From Candidatus Kerfeldbacteria bacterium (GTDB taxonomy: Bacteria > Patescibacteriota > Patescibacteriia > SBBC01 > CAIJZX01): a stretch of DNA of 64,000 bases. Positions 28,277 through 38,538 of this stretch are shown here, piece after piece (positions within the stretch are counted from its first letter, which is position 1; each line of letters begins with the position of its first letter). The stretch is taken from positions 66,100-130,099 of the forward strand of contig CAIJZX010000016.1 of the NCBI GenBank assembly GCA_903825245.1. Reading direction: 5' to 3'. The translations under genes and the position numbers were made by a program. The notes beneath the pieces were generated by a model that made no database searches, was not told where the DNA came from, and was given only the letters and a program-made list of their open reading frames with translations.

Positions 28277-29050
28277 ATGCACCGCCAGACTATCCGGCTT
28301 CTCGACGTCACCTTCGATAATCTGACCCAAGCCGAAGCAATCCATAAAGCTACCGAATTCCTGGAGGAACGACGTTTCCACCTTATCGTCACGCCTGGTC
28401 CAGAATTTTTACTCGAAGCGACCGCTCATCAGCAGTTCCGCGACATCCTAAATCACGCTGATTTATCGATCGCCGACGGCATGGGTATCCACCTTGGCAC
28501 GCGTCTAACTGGACAGCGGCTACGCCAGCGCATTCCCGGCGCTGATTTTGTTCTTGACTTGATGTCAGTTGCGGCGAAAAAAGGATCACGCGTCTTTCTG
28601 TTCGGCGCAAAGAATGGCGTCGCTGAACAAGCGACGAAAAAACTTTTACAGTTGTACCCAACCCTTAATATTGTCGGCATCGAATCTGGCTCGCGCGGTC
28701 ATTGGACAAAACTTCATGACCATCGGATTGTGGAACGAATTCACCTGGCAAAACCGGATATTCTGTTGGTAGCGCTCGGCGCACCGAAACAAGAATTGTG
28801 GATTGATCAACATCGCGCCGCACTACACAATGTCCGCATTGCGATCGGCGTCGGCCGTACCTTTGATTACCTTGCCGGAACGATCAAGCGCGCGCCAAAA
28901 GTTATGCGCGACACGGGATTCGAATGGCTCCACACCTACCTCAATGCCGGGAAATATTACCAACCGGAACATCGCCGTCAACGCGTCACCAATGCCACCG
29001 TCCGATTTATTATAGAACTAGCCAAACATCACCGTGCCCCACGATACTAA
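28277..29050 (+). CDS. WecB/TagA/CpsF-family (GT26) glycosyltransferase
   Basis: GT26 signature region LSIADGMGI.... Confidence 0.7.
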   Translation: MHRQTIRLLDVTFDNLTQAEAIHKATEFLEERRFHLIVTPGPEFLLEATAHQQFRDILNHADLSIADGMGIHLGTRLTGQRLRQRIPGADFVLDLMSVAAKKGSRVFLFGAKNGVAEQATKKLLQLYPTLNIVGIESGSRGHWTKLHDHRIVERIHLAKPDILLVALGAPKQELWIDQHRAALHNVRIAIGVGRTFDYLAGTIKRAPKVMRDTGFEWLHTYLNAGKYYQPEHRRQRVTNATVRFIIELAKHHRAPRY

Positions 29051-30497
29051 TATTCGCGTTCGCTTCGCTCCGTCACCAACCGGCGATCCGCATATCGGCA
29101 GTATGTGGACGGCGCTGTTCAATTGGTTATTCGCCAAACATGTTGGCGGAACATTTATGTTACGCATCGAAGATACCGATCAAAAAAGATTTGTCGAAGG
29201 CTCAACGGAAAAGATTTTTGAAGCGCTTGATTGGTACGGCTTAACACCCGACGAAGGACCTCAGCAAGGTGGCCAGTTCGCACCGTACGTGCAAAGCGAA
29301 CGACTTGATCGTTATCGCCAATATGCCGAACAACTCGTCACCAATGGCAAAGCGTATTACTGTTTTTGCACGCCGGAACGACTCGATCAACTGCGCGCCG
29401 CACAAACAGCCGCGAAACAACAACCGAAATATGACAAGCATTGTGCGACGCTTACATCAGATGAGGTCGCCACCCACAAACAAGCAGGGGAAACATATAC
29501 GATCCGCATGAAATTGCCGGAGTCGGGAATTCTCGTACACCACGATATTATTCGCGGCACGGTAAAGTTCCAGTACAATGTACTCGACGATAGTGTCATC
29601 CTCAAAACGGACGGGTACCCGACATACCATTTGGCGAACGTCGTTGATGATCACGACATGGGCATCAGTCATGTCATCCGCGCCGAGGAGTGGTTGCCGT
29701 CGGTACCGAAACACCTGTTTCTTTACGAGGCATTCGGTTGGACGCCGCCAGTCTTTGCTCACTTGCCGTTACTGCTCGGCACTGACCGGGCGAAGCTTTC
29801 GAAACGCCACGGCGCAACCTCTGCACTATCGTTCCGCGATGAAGGATACTTGCCGGAAGCGTTAACGAATTTCTTAGCGCTCATGGGTTGGCATCCGAAA
29901 GATGAGCAAGAAATTTTTACCCGCGAAAAACTGGTTGAACAATTTTCGCTCGAAGGCATCAATCCGTCCGGTGCTGTCTTTGATCGCACGAAGCTCGATT
30001 GGATGAACGGCATGTACATTCGCGCACTCAGCGTCGAACAGCTCCTTGAACGACTTCGCCCGTTTTGGAAATTGCCTGATGAAAAACACGAAGATTCCGA
30101 ATTACTGAATATCGTTCGATTGATACACGATCGTTTAGTTCGACTAACCGACATTAACGACTTTGCAAATTTTATGTTCCCGTCGGTATGGGACACTGAA
30201 TTGCCAACCATTGATCGCGCAATCTTCGTACCGAAGAAGGGGACAATTGAGGCGACGAATCATCACCTCGAACAAACGGCGAAATGGCTATCAGCCTACA
30301 ACGGCGAATGGAAATCAGCGACACTAAAAGAGCAAATGATTGCTGCGATCGCCAGCATGGGAAAAAAGAACGGCGAAATTTTGTGGCCCTTACGGGCAGC
30401 ACTGAGCTTACGTGCCGCCAGTCCTGATGTTTTTGACCTACTCGAGGTATTAGGAAAAGAAGAAAGTATTCGGAGAATTGAGCATGTTTGCAGATAA
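29034..30497 (+). CDS. gltX: Glutamyl-tRNA synthetase
   Basis: RFAPSPTGDPHIGS class I HIGH motif, KLSKR (KMSKS-type) motif. Confidence 0.9.
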   Translation: MPHDTNIRVRFAPSPTGDPHIGSMWTALFNWLFAKHVGGTFMLRIEDTDQKRFVEGSTEKIFEALDWYGLTPDEGPQQGGQFAPYVQSERLDRYRQYAEQLVTNGKAYYCFCTPERLDQLRAAQTAAKQQPKYDKHCATLTSDEVATHKQAGETYTIRMKLPESGILVHHDIIRGTVKFQYNVLDDSVILKTDGYPTYHLANVVDDHDMGISHVIRAEEWLPSVPKHLFLYEAFGWTPPVFAHLPLLLGTDRAKLSKRHGATSALSFRDEGYLPEALTNFLALMGWHPKDEQEIFTREKLVEQFSLEGINPSGAVFDRTKLDWMNGMYIRALSVEQLLERLRPFWKLPDEKHEDSELLNIVRLIHDRLVRLTDINDFANFMFPSVWDTELPTIDRAIFVPKKGTIEATNHHLEQTAKWLSAYNGEWKSATLKEQMIAAIASMGKKNGEILWPLRAALSLRAASPDVFDLLEVLGKEESIRRIEHVCR

Positions 30498-30568
30498 TTG
30501 CGTTCAGTTCAAGTTCAGACAACGGTATTGACTACAATGCTGATTTTTGCTATGATTGTCACGTCAGT

Positions 30569-31996
30569 ATGAATATAAAACGAAATACAAAACAGCATAT
30601 TTTAGCGCTACTCGCCATCGGCGGGCTGGTTGTTTTACCGTATCAAACAATCGCCCAAACACCACCGGTTAGCCCGGCGGATAACTCATTCAATCGAACG
30701 GCTGACCCGAATCAAGCCGGAACCGGTTGTGTCAACAATCCAACAGCTTGTGCTGAAATCAACGCCCAAATTGCTGAGAATCAACAGAAATTGGACACAT
30801 TGAATCAGCAGAAAAGCCAATACCAGCAACAAATCGATCAAGCGCAGGGCGAAATTTCCACTATCCAATCACAACTCAATGACATCAGCAACGAAATTGC
30901 CTTAACCGAGGTAAATATTCAACAGAGCCAAACGCAAATTGATTCATTACAACTCCAAGTAAAATCACTGCAGCTTTCGATCGACGAGAAAAATGCCCAG
31001 ATTGAGCAGGGGAAGGGAAATTTAGCCGACATGATCCGAGAGCTTGACGCGAACTCTAGAACATCGACACTATCCTTGGTCTTGCAGAACAACAGTTTCA
31101 ATGAATTCTTTAGTGTTGCCCAAGCACAAGCCCAGCTCGGTGATTCATTGAACGCCAGCATTACCACTATCAAACAAGCCAAGAATGATTTGGTCAGCAA
31201 GCAGCAGGATGTAGCCGATCTGGAATCACAAAAACAGGCCGACCAAGCTCAGCTTAAAGTCCAGGAGCAAAGCGCCCAGCAACAAGCGGACTATAAACAA
31301 CAACTGCTTGGAGATTCAAAAAAGAGTGCCTCACAATACCAGCAACTCTTATCTGAGAGTGTTGATGAATCAAATCAAGTTAATGCGGCCATTGATCAAC
31401 TCCAGGTCAACCTCAGCCAGGTTCTCAGTGGTGCCGCTATCGCCGAAGCGCAACAACCAAGTCCAAAAGGATTCATCTGGCCCATCTCACCTGGTGCCAC
31501 CGGCATTTTGATTAACGCCTATTTTCATGAACCAGGCTACTCCAATCACCAAGGAATCGATCTTGATGCCGATCAGGGAACGCCGGTACTCGCAGCGGCG
31601 AGCGGTTATGCTTACCGTGTCAGTGAACCTACAAGTGACCCTCATCAACTGAGCGTCTTCGCTATTCAACACGGTGGAAATATCGCCACGCTCTATCTCC
31701 ACCTTACTGCTTTTGCTCCAAGCATAAAAACCGGTGACTATGTCGTCGCCGGTCAAGTCATCGGCTACAGCGGCGGTATCCGCGGCACGAGTGGCGTCGG
31801 CTGGTGTGGTAGTAATTGGTGTTCAACCGGAGCCCACCTTCACTTTCAAGTGAATGCCGGAGCCGACCTGAGTAAATTACAATCATCGGGACACAGCGCA
31901 CTCGGGTATCCAGTCAAACCGCTTTCGTATTTACCGAGTGGCAGTATTGCTAACCCCAGCATGACTAATCCCGTTCCGGATCCGGTTAACGATTAA
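30569..31996 (+). CDS. Coiled-coil M23 peptidoglycan endopeptidase (EnvC-like)
   Basis: Signal peptide, long Gln-rich coiled coil, C-terminal M23 core HQGIDLDADQGTPVLAAASGYA...HLHFQV. Confidence 0.75.
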   Translation: MNIKRNTKQHILALLAIGGLVVLPYQTIAQTPPVSPADNSFNRTADPNQAGTGCVNNPTACAEINAQIAENQQKLDTLNQQKSQYQQQIDQAQGEISTIQSQLNDISNEIALTEVNIQQSQTQIDSLQLQVKSLQLSIDEKNAQIEQGKGNLADMIRELDANSRTSTLSLVLQNNSFNEFFSVAQAQAQLGDSLNASITTIKQAKNDLVSKQQDVADLESQKQADQAQLKVQEQSAQQQADYKQQLLGDSKKSASQYQQLLSESVDESNQVNAAIDQLQVNLSQVLSGAAIAEAQQPSPKGFIWPISPGATGILINAYFHEPGYSNHQGIDLDADQGTPVLAAASGYAYRVSEPTSDPHQLSVFAIQHGGNIATLYLHLTAFAPSIKTGDYVVAGQVIGYSGGIRGTSGVGWCGSNWCSTGAHLHFQVNAGADLSKLQSSGHSALGYPVKPLSYLPSGSIANPSMTNPVPDPVND

Positions 31997-32292
31997 CAGG
32001 TTAGGCCATACGAAGTCCTTAGCGGGCTTTTTGATATCCCTACAACCCCATGCGGGGGAGTACTATAATTACGATATTCAAAAATCAGAATATTTTTTGA
32101 TTTATTATTTAAGTATTCAAATTAAAAAAAGTACACACAACAACAATGAGTACATTATTCACCTCTAGTCTTTCACTATAAATTAAACCCCACATATTCG
32201 AGGGGAGTGCCCGTTTTCCTTATGTTTCCTGAACACTATGCGTCGCAGAATATACCTTTTACGTCACTAGAGAAGAGCGTTGAGAAGTATCG

Positions 32293-33303
32293 CTATTGCA
32301 CGTACGCCCGTCCCGCGAAACGAACATCAATGATCTTATAGTTCTCGTTCGGCATTGCCATCACCCGATGTAATGTCTGTACAGCTTGTTGTAGGTCTCC
32401 GTGACGGTCAAAATACGCTATTGGCCCTTTCTCGACCTGTACGCGTATTTCGTCGCTGCTGAACTTGAGGGCTGCCACATCACATGGCGGCGTCTCCGGC
32501 GTCGTCGTAACGTTCGTATTGAGGTTGAGAATGCTCACATTGGTATTTGTAGCGTTCATATTAGTGTTGACAATCGAACTATTGGTATTCGCAATGTTTG
32601 TATTGGTTACCACTGGAACCGGCTCAGGACAGGTTGGCACTGGGATAATGAAGTTTTGAATGGGAACATTTACCGTCTGCAAATACCCTGCTAGATCTTG
32701 TACGGCCGTCATCACTTCATGTTTTACGACACTAGCATCAACAGTAAATAGTGCCGACGATGCATCAACGATAAGCGGCAGACGTTCAACAGCTGTCGCA
32801 CGCATATCAATGATAACACCCTGACGATCGATTGAGCCGAACGTCGTTCCGTTCGACCACGTCGCCACCGGTGTTCGTTCAGCCACGACTACGTTTATTG
32901 TATGCGGCGCTTGCTTGGTGATGGTCACGCCCTCGATGGAAAGGCGTTTTCGAATTGCCGTTTCTAAATCTTTCTGTAACCCACTAACCGATAGCACCCA
33001 CATCGTCCGGTTCGGCAGAACCAGCAACCGTGAGCGATCGAGATACTGCTCCGTCACCGTCTTCACGCTCTTCGGTGTAATGAGTCGCGTACCACTGACC
33101 GTGACGGTTGTTATGTGAAATAACGGACCATACGTGAGCCAGCCTGCACCCGCTACTAATAAACAAATCACTGTTGCGGTAATGACTTGCTGTCGAAACG
33201 CTGACCACTTCCCCGGCTCAGTCACGTACATTGGCGTCGCTGATTGGTGCGGTCCAATCAGCTCAGGCTTTGGTACGATGCGTTTTTGTTTTCCGAAAGC
33301 CAT
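32293..33303 (-). CDS. ftsQ: Cell-division protein FtsQ/DivIB-like with an Asn/Thr-rich low-complexity insert
   Basis: N-terminal TM, POTRA-like region (FHITTVTVSGTRLITPKSV), beta domain. Insert NTNIANTNSSIVNTNMNATNTNVSILNLNTNVTT is encoded by degenerate tandem repeats. Confidence 0.55.
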   Translation of the reverse strand: MAFGKQKRIVPKPELIGPHQSATPMYVTEPGKWSAFRQQVITATVICLLVAGAGWLTYGPLFHITTVTVSGTRLITPKSVKTVTEQYLDRSRLLVLPNRTMWVLSVSGLQKDLETAIRKRLSIEGVTITKQAPHTINVVVAERTPVATWSNGTTFGSIDRQGVIIDMRATAVERLPLIVDASSALFTVDASVVKHEVMTAVQDLAGYLQTVNVPIQNFIIPVPTCPEPVPVVTNTNIANTNSSIVNTNMNATNTNVSILNLNTNVTTTPETPPCDVAALKFSSDEIRVQVEKGPIAYFDRHGDLQQAVQTLHRVMAMPNENYKIIDVRFAGRAYVQ

Positions 33304-33306
33304 AGG

Positions 33307-34425
33307 TTAGACGAGAATGCGCGGTAGTGACCAATTGATGCGGGTCGTCACTTCATACGGAATCGTACCACACAACTCAGCCATCGTCGCGGCATCATTC
33401 TTTTCGCCAATGAGGGTGACGACATCATTCGCTTGTGCGCCGGGAATCTTGGTTACATCGATCATACACAAATTCATGCAGATCCGTCCGACAATCGGCG
33501 CGCGCTGTTTACGGATAATGACAAAGCCGCGATTCGATAGTCGCCGATCATACCCGTCGGCATACCCGACTGGCAGAACGCCGATACGCATGGCCTGTTT
33601 GGCAATGACGGTTGAACCATACCCAATACCGGTTCCTGGCGACACAGTTTTCACTTGCGCTAACCTCGCGTACCAGGACAACACCGGCTGGAGTTTTACC
33701 GTGCCTAAATTTGCTCTACACCAATCGCGAGATTCCTGACTAGGCCAAATACCATACAGACCAATACCAAGCCGTACAAGGCCAAATCTGGCCTCTGGAT
33801 AGCGTAAAATAGCCGCGGTACAGGCAATATGCCGCTCTCCTCCCCCATCCGCCCCCACCTCATTTGCCAGTGTCGTAAAACGTTTTAATTGTTCTTGAGT
33901 TCGTTTAGATACTCGTTCCTCGGCATTAGCAAAATGCGAAAACGTTCCAGCAATATTGAGTGCCGAATTCTTCAACGCAGACTTGATAAGATTCACTTGA
34001 TTTGGTAAAAAACCAATGCGTGTCGTACCAGTATCAATTTTGATGTGAACTTGTGGGCGTATCTGGAATTTTTTTCCAGAGCGTACCACTGCTCGTAGTG
34101 ACGATTGGTCCCATACCACAAGTTCGATGCGATTTTTTATCAGTTCTGGTAGCTCCTTTGTTTGCCAGTTACTCAAAACCACAACGCGACCGCGATACCC
34201 GATTGCTCGCGCCTGTAATGCTTCATCACCGTAAGCAACGCCAATACCCCACTGCGATTGTCCACGCAGTGACGACACTATCTCCGCCACGCCATGTCCA
34301 TAAGCATTAGCTTTCACTACCGGCATGATCTTCACCGACGGACCAACCACGCGCTGGATTGTTCGAAGATTGTGCCGCTGTGCTGAGCGCGAAATCTCGA
34401 TCCAGGTTCGTGGCGAATTGGACAT
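33307..34425 (-). CDS. alr: Alanine racemase
   Basis: PLP site VVKANAYGHG. Confidence 0.85.
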   Translation of the reverse strand: MSNSPRTWIEISRSAQRHNLRTIQRVVGPSVKIMPVVKANAYGHGVAEIVSSLRGQSQWGIGVAYGDEALQARAIGYRGRVVVLSNWQTKELPELIKNRIELVVWDQSSLRAVVRSGKKFQIRPQVHIKIDTGTTRIGFLPNQVNLIKSALKNSALNIAGTFSHFANAEERVSKRTQEQLKRFTTLANEVGADGGGERHIACTAAILRYPEARFGLVRLGIGLYGIWPSQESRDWCRANLGTVKLQPVLSWYARLAQVKTVSPGTGIGYGSTVIAKQAMRIGVLPVGYADGYDRRLSNRGFVIIRKQRAPIVGRICMNLCMIDVTKIPGAQANDVVTLIGEKNDAATMAELCGTIPYEVTTRINWSLPRILV

Positions 34426-34433
34426 GCGAAACG

Positions 34434-35684
34434 TTATGGCTTGATAACCTTCAACCCGTGCATGTACGGCTGGAGGACTTTCGGAATTTTGATTGAGCCG
34501 TCCGGCTGTTGGTAGTTCTCAATAATCGCAATCAACGTCCGGCCGACGGCGAAGGCAGTACCGTTCAACATGTGGACGAATTCTTTTTTGCCATTTCGCT
34601 CAATTTTAATATTTAAGGCACGCGATTGATAATCCGTCGTCGTCGATGTTGACGACACTTCGCGATATTCATTCTGCCCCGGCATCCAAGCTTCAATATC
34701 GTACGTTCGCGCGCTTGGCCAGCTGATATCGCCGGTGCAGAGATTGAGTACGCGGTACGGAATATCGAGCCCTTGCCACAATTTCTCCTCAAGCGACAGA
34801 ATGAGCAGATGTTCTTGGTCGGATTGCTCCGGCGTGGTGAACGAAAACATTTCCAGTTTATCAAATTGGTGGACGCGGAGAATTCCTTTCGTGTCCTTGC
34901 CGTAGCTTCCCGCTTCGCGGCGGAAACATGTGGAGAACGACAGATAGCGTTTTGGCAGGTCCGATTCTTGAAATACTTCATCGCGATGCATCGGCCCGAC
35001 GGATTGTTCCGACGTACCGACGAGGTACAGTTTATCTTTGTCGAAGTGGTAGGTTTCATCCTCGCCGCCGCCATTCAAATAACCCATGGCCGCCATATTT
35101 TCCTCTTTAATCATCACCGGCGGCACGACCATGGTAAATCCTTGTTTCAAAATCACCGACTGCGCATACTGCACGAGGGCAAATTCAAGCTGAGCAATCG
35201 GGCCAAGCAGATACCCGAATCGTGAACCGGAAACTTTACTCGCCCGGCGGACGTCAATCAACTCTGCCGGTTCCGTCAGCGCCAAGTAGTCTTTCGGATC
35301 TGCGATGTTTTTTTTCTTGCCAACATCGCGCAGGACAACATTTCCCGCTTCATCGTCCCCTGCCGGTACGTCATCGCGCGGAATATTCGGCATGACAATT
35401 TCCTCGACGCCATTCTTGGCTTTCTTCAAAACAGTAATGCGATCAGAAATAGGTTTTAGTTCAGCGATTTTTTTCTTTTTTTCTTCAACCGAAAGCGTCG
35501 GGATGATTTTGCTGGCTTCATTTACCTGGGCCTGCAATTGTTCGAGTTCCTGCTGGGAATCCGATTGCCCATGGGCAGAATCTGCTTTCAGCGCGCTGAG
35601 TAAACCGACAAACTTTTTTCCCCGACGTGAAATTGCCTGGTAGTATTTTTCCGGATTGTCGCGGTAGTCTTTGAGATCAATCAT
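34434..35684 (-). CDS. serS: Seryl-tRNA synthetase
   Basis: N-terminal coiled-coil arm. Class II motifs FRREAGSYGKDTKGILRVHQFDKLE and GTAFAVGRTLIAIIE. Confidence 0.9.
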   Translation of the reverse strand: MIDLKDYRDNPEKYYQAISRRGKKFVGLLSALKADSAHGQSDSQQELEQLQAQVNEASKIIPTLSVEEKKKKIAELKPISDRITVLKKAKNGVEEIVMPNIPRDDVPAGDDEAGNVVLRDVGKKKNIADPKDYLALTEPAELIDVRRASKVSGSRFGYLLGPIAQLEFALVQYAQSVILKQGFTMVVPPVMIKEENMAAMGYLNGGGEDETYHFDKDKLYLVGTSEQSVGPMHRDEVFQESDLPKRYLSFSTCFRREAGSYGKDTKGILRVHQFDKLEMFSFTTPEQSDQEHLLILSLEEKLWQGLDIPYRVLNLCTGDISWPSARTYDIEAWMPGQNEYREVSSTSTTTDYQSRALNIKIERNGKKEFVHMLNGTAFAVGRTLIAIIENYQQPDGSIKIPKVLQPYMHGLKVIKP

Positions 35685-35820
35685 CCCGTTAGAAGTGAAT
35701 TATAATAATCTATACTTGTCACCATGCTGTACCCTATTGTATTTTCTACTATCTACGAACGATTCATATCGTTTGGGAATTAGAGGTCTGCCTAACTTTT
35801 TTCTTCACTTCTAACGGGAT
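35683..35820 (-). repeat. CCCGTTAGA-family palindromic bridge element (c), between the rdgB-like 3' end and the serS ATG
   Basis: Perfect 17-bp inverted repeat ATCCCGTTAGAAGTGAA (35683-35699) / TTCACTTCTAACGGGAT (35804-35820). The left arm abuts the serS start codon, read on the minus strand. The right arm lies inside the last codons of the upstream gene. Confidence 0.65.
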
Positions 35821-36424
35821 CATGGTAGAACTGTTGAATGTGTGGAAGAAGTTTTAATAATGCTTGACGACGATGATTCAGTTCGGGATGTTCTTTTTTT
35901 GCTTGAACATACCACTGCTGAAACTGCGGTAAGTATAGAAGAACATCGAACGGATAGCCAGGTGTCATCTGTAGGTCGCTTGGCTGTAATACCCCCGGAA
36001 CGACGCCTTCAGCCTGTGCAAACTGATCATCACCAAACATAAACGTTACCACATTCCGAAGTTGCATCTGCCGTTGATCGGCCGGAATAGCTTTCGTTGC
36101 CGCGATGGCCTTGGTTCGAATAACCTCGTCCGTTAATTCTTCCTCACTATCCCAACGCCGCGTTCTAACACCTGGTGCGCCATGGAGAAAGGCAATTTCC
36201 GCTCCGCTATCGTCAGTCAGACAAGGCACGTGCACTCGTTCCCAATAGAATGTCGCTTTGGCTAACGAATTTTGTTCAAAAGTTGACGCATCTTCCGCCG
36301 GTGAATCAGTAATTCCACATTCAACGGGCGTGATGAGTTCAAGATCAAGTCCACCAAGAATAGCTTGGAAATCTTTAAGCTTCTGAGGATTATTCGTGCC
36401 AATCAACAAACGACGGTCCTTCAT
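35792..36424 (-). CDS. Non-canonical purine NTP pyrophosphatase (RdgB/Ham1 family)
   Basis: LLIGTNNPQKLKDF N-terminus and Ham1-like core. Confidence 0.6.
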   Translation of the reverse strand: MKDRRLLIGTNNPQKLKDFQAILGGLDLELITPVECGITDSPAEDASTFEQNSLAKATFYWERVHVPCLTDDSGAEIAFLHGAPGVRTRRWDSEEELTDEVIRTKAIAATKAIPADQRQMQLRNVVTFMFGDDQFAQAEGVVPGVLQPSDLQMTPGYPFDVLLYLPQFQQWYVQAKKEHPELNHRRQALLKLLPHIQQFYHDPVRSEEKS

Positions 36425-37029
36425 AATCCGAGCTGTTCGTGAATAGATTGCATGGCGGTTAAAACAATTTGAAAATGTTCGTCTTCAGAAAGACCGAGCA
36501 GCGCAACGCCTTTCGTGATATCGTCGCGACTGACATTCCCCGCAAACGATTTCTGCTTGAGTTTCTTCTTGATGGATTCGATAGTAACATTAGCCAACTT
36601 TTTATCCGGCGTGACTAAAGCACAAGCGACAATCATTCCCGTCAGCTCATCGACTGCAAAAATGCATTTCTCCATCATCGATTCCGCTACCACACCGGTA
36701 TGCGGCGCATGAGCCAGAATTGCTTGGCGGATTTCTTTTGGAACTCCCCTGCTCTCAAGAATTGCCTGACCTTTCGTCGGGTGCTCTTCGAGCGACGGAT
36801 GGATTTCCCAATCAAAGTCGTGCAACAATCCGACTATGCCCCATTTTTCCGTGTCGCCACCAAACTTCAACGCATACACTTTCATCGCCGCTTCGCAGGC
36901 GTACATATGACGACGCAGATTTTCGTTTTTGACGAACTCATGAACGATCGCTAGCGCTTGGTCGCGGCCAAATCGCGGCTGTGCGGCAACCGCTGTCGGC
37001 CACGGTGAACGCACAACGTACGGACTCAT
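36421..37029 (-). CDS. HD-domain phosphohydrolase
   Basis: H...HD...D motif (LLHDFDWEIHP). Confidence 0.55.
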   Translation of the reverse strand: MSPYVVRSPWPTAVAAQPRFGRDQALAIVHEFVKNENLRRHMYACEAAMKVYALKFGGDTEKWGIVGLLHDFDWEIHPSLEEHPTKGQAILESRGVPKEIRQAILAHAPHTGVVAESMMEKCIFAVDELTGMIVACALVTPDKKLANVTIESIKKKLKQKSFAGNVSRDDITKGVALLGLSEDEHFQIVLTAMQSIHEQLGL

Positions 37030-38498
37030 GGTTGTTCCGGTTTCAAGGTCGGAAAGAGAATCACATCCTTCAGCGCTTTCTGACCGGTGAATATCGCCGT
37101 CAACCGATCGATGCCGATACCGAGTCCGGAGGTCGGCGGCATACCGTACTCCAACGAGCGAATGTACGTTTCATCGATATTTTGGGCTTCGTCATCACCG
37201 CCAGCACGTAACTGCTCTTGCGCCTCAAACCGTTCGCGCTGATCAACCGGATCGTTGAGCTCACTAAACGCGTTGCCAAGCTCTGTCCCGGCCATGAGCG
37301 GCTGAAAGCGCTCTGTATAGTTTGGCTGATCGACCTTCTTTTTCGCGAGTGGGGAAAGTTCAAGTGGGTAATCGTAGACAATAGTTGGTGCAAGAAGTTT
37401 CGGTCGAACGTGCATTTTAAACAGTTCATCAATCATTTTCGGTCGCGACATACCGTCCGGTAAATCGGTTCCTTTTTTGCGGCCGAGTGTCCGTAATTCT
37501 TTACCATCAACGATATCAATATCAATACCGGTAGCATCAAGAATTGCCTGGTGATAGGAAAGACGCGGCCACGGTCGATCGAGTTGGTATGTCGTCTCAC
37601 CAATCGTGACTTCCGGTTTGCCGTTGATAGCTACTGCGACCGCACAAATCATTTTTTCCGTAAAATCCATCATCCAGCGATAATCGGTAAAGGCCGCGTA
37701 ACACTCCATCATGGTAAATTCTGGATTATGGTCGCGGTCGATACCTTCGTTGCGAAAGTTCCGTCCGATTTCATACACCCGACCAAGTCCAGCGACGATG
37801 AGGCGCTTTAAGTACAGTTCCGGTGCGACACGTAAAAACAAGTCGATATCCAAAGCATTGTGGTGGGTAACAAACGGTTTGGCTGTTGCACCTCCGGCAA
37901 TCGCATGTAAGGTTGGTGTTTCAACTTCGATGAAAGATTGTTCATCAAAGAAAGTACGCAATGCACGAAGAATTTTACTCCGAGCGATGAAAACTTTTTT
38001 TACTTCCGCGTTTGTCAGAATATCAAGTTCACGGTAACGGTACCGCGTTTCGACATCGGCTAATCCATGCCATTCTGACGGCAATGGTCGTAACGCTTTC
38101 CCCAGCCAGGTAATTTCCGACGCATCAACCGTCTGTTGTCCGCGCTTGGTGACAAAAGTTGAACCGTGAACACCGATAAAGTCACCGAGGTCGAGAGTTC
38201 CGGTTAGTTCGGCGAACGTGGCAATATTTTTCTTCTGCAAGAATATTTGTACCTCATCAGTTTCATCTTCGATACGTAAAAAGGCTGAACCGCCTTGTAA
38301 GCGAATAGCACGAACGCGTCCAGCTACAACCACTGATTCCCCATCGCTCCATTTCGACAACAATTGTTGAATCGTCGTCGTCCGTTGACTACGCGCTGGG
38401 TAGACATCAATACCGTCGTTGAGTAACTGTTCTCGGCGTTCAACACGAAGTTGTTCTTGATCTAGGCGTGGTTCGTTCATGGGATCAGAATACCGCAA
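37026..38498 (-). CDS. lysS: Lysyl-tRNA synthetase (class II)
   Basis: N-terminal OB fold. Class II motifs FRNEGID..., GLGIGIDRL. Confidence 0.9.
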   Translation of the reverse strand: MRYSDPMNEPRLDQEQLRVERREQLLNDGIDVYPARSQRTTTIQQLLSKWSDGESVVVAGRVRAIRLQGGSAFLRIEDETDEVQIFLQKKNIATFAELTGTLDLGDFIGVHGSTFVTKRGQQTVDASEITWLGKALRPLPSEWHGLADVETRYRYRELDILTNAEVKKVFIARSKILRALRTFFDEQSFIEVETPTLHAIAGGATAKPFVTHHNALDIDLFLRVAPELYLKRLIVAGLGRVYEIGRNFRNEGIDRDHNPEFTMMECYAAFTDYRWMMDFTEKMICAVAVAINGKPEVTIGETTYQLDRPWPRLSYHQAILDATGIDIDIVDGKELRTLGRKKGTDLPDGMSRPKMIDELFKMHVRPKLLAPTIVYDYPLELSPLAKKKVDQPNYTERFQPLMAGTELGNAFSELNDPVDQRERFEAQEQLRAGGDDEAQNIDETYIRSLEYGMPPTSGLGIGIDRLTAIFTGQKALKDVILFPTLKPEQP

Positions 38499-38538
38499 AA
38501 CAGGCTATTCAGCAATCCCAAACGAGTCCAAGTTGCAC

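Noticed and set aside
32040-32290. An AT-rich 250-bp gap between convergent M23 and ftsQ genes as a hidden ncRNA or mobile remnant.
   Set aside because: I found only short GC hairpins consistent with convergent terminators (CCCC-N-GGGG followed by T-runs), with no repeats or conserved RNA motifs recognisable by eye. It is left unannotated.
34613-35074. Numerous antisense or internal ORFs of 60-180 aa, e.g. 2318-2782, 34613-35074, 46305-46604 and 59192-59740.
   Set aside because: They lie wholly inside well-supported genes on the opposite strand or in alternative frames, and are Arg/Ser/Pro-rich with no start context, so they look spurious.
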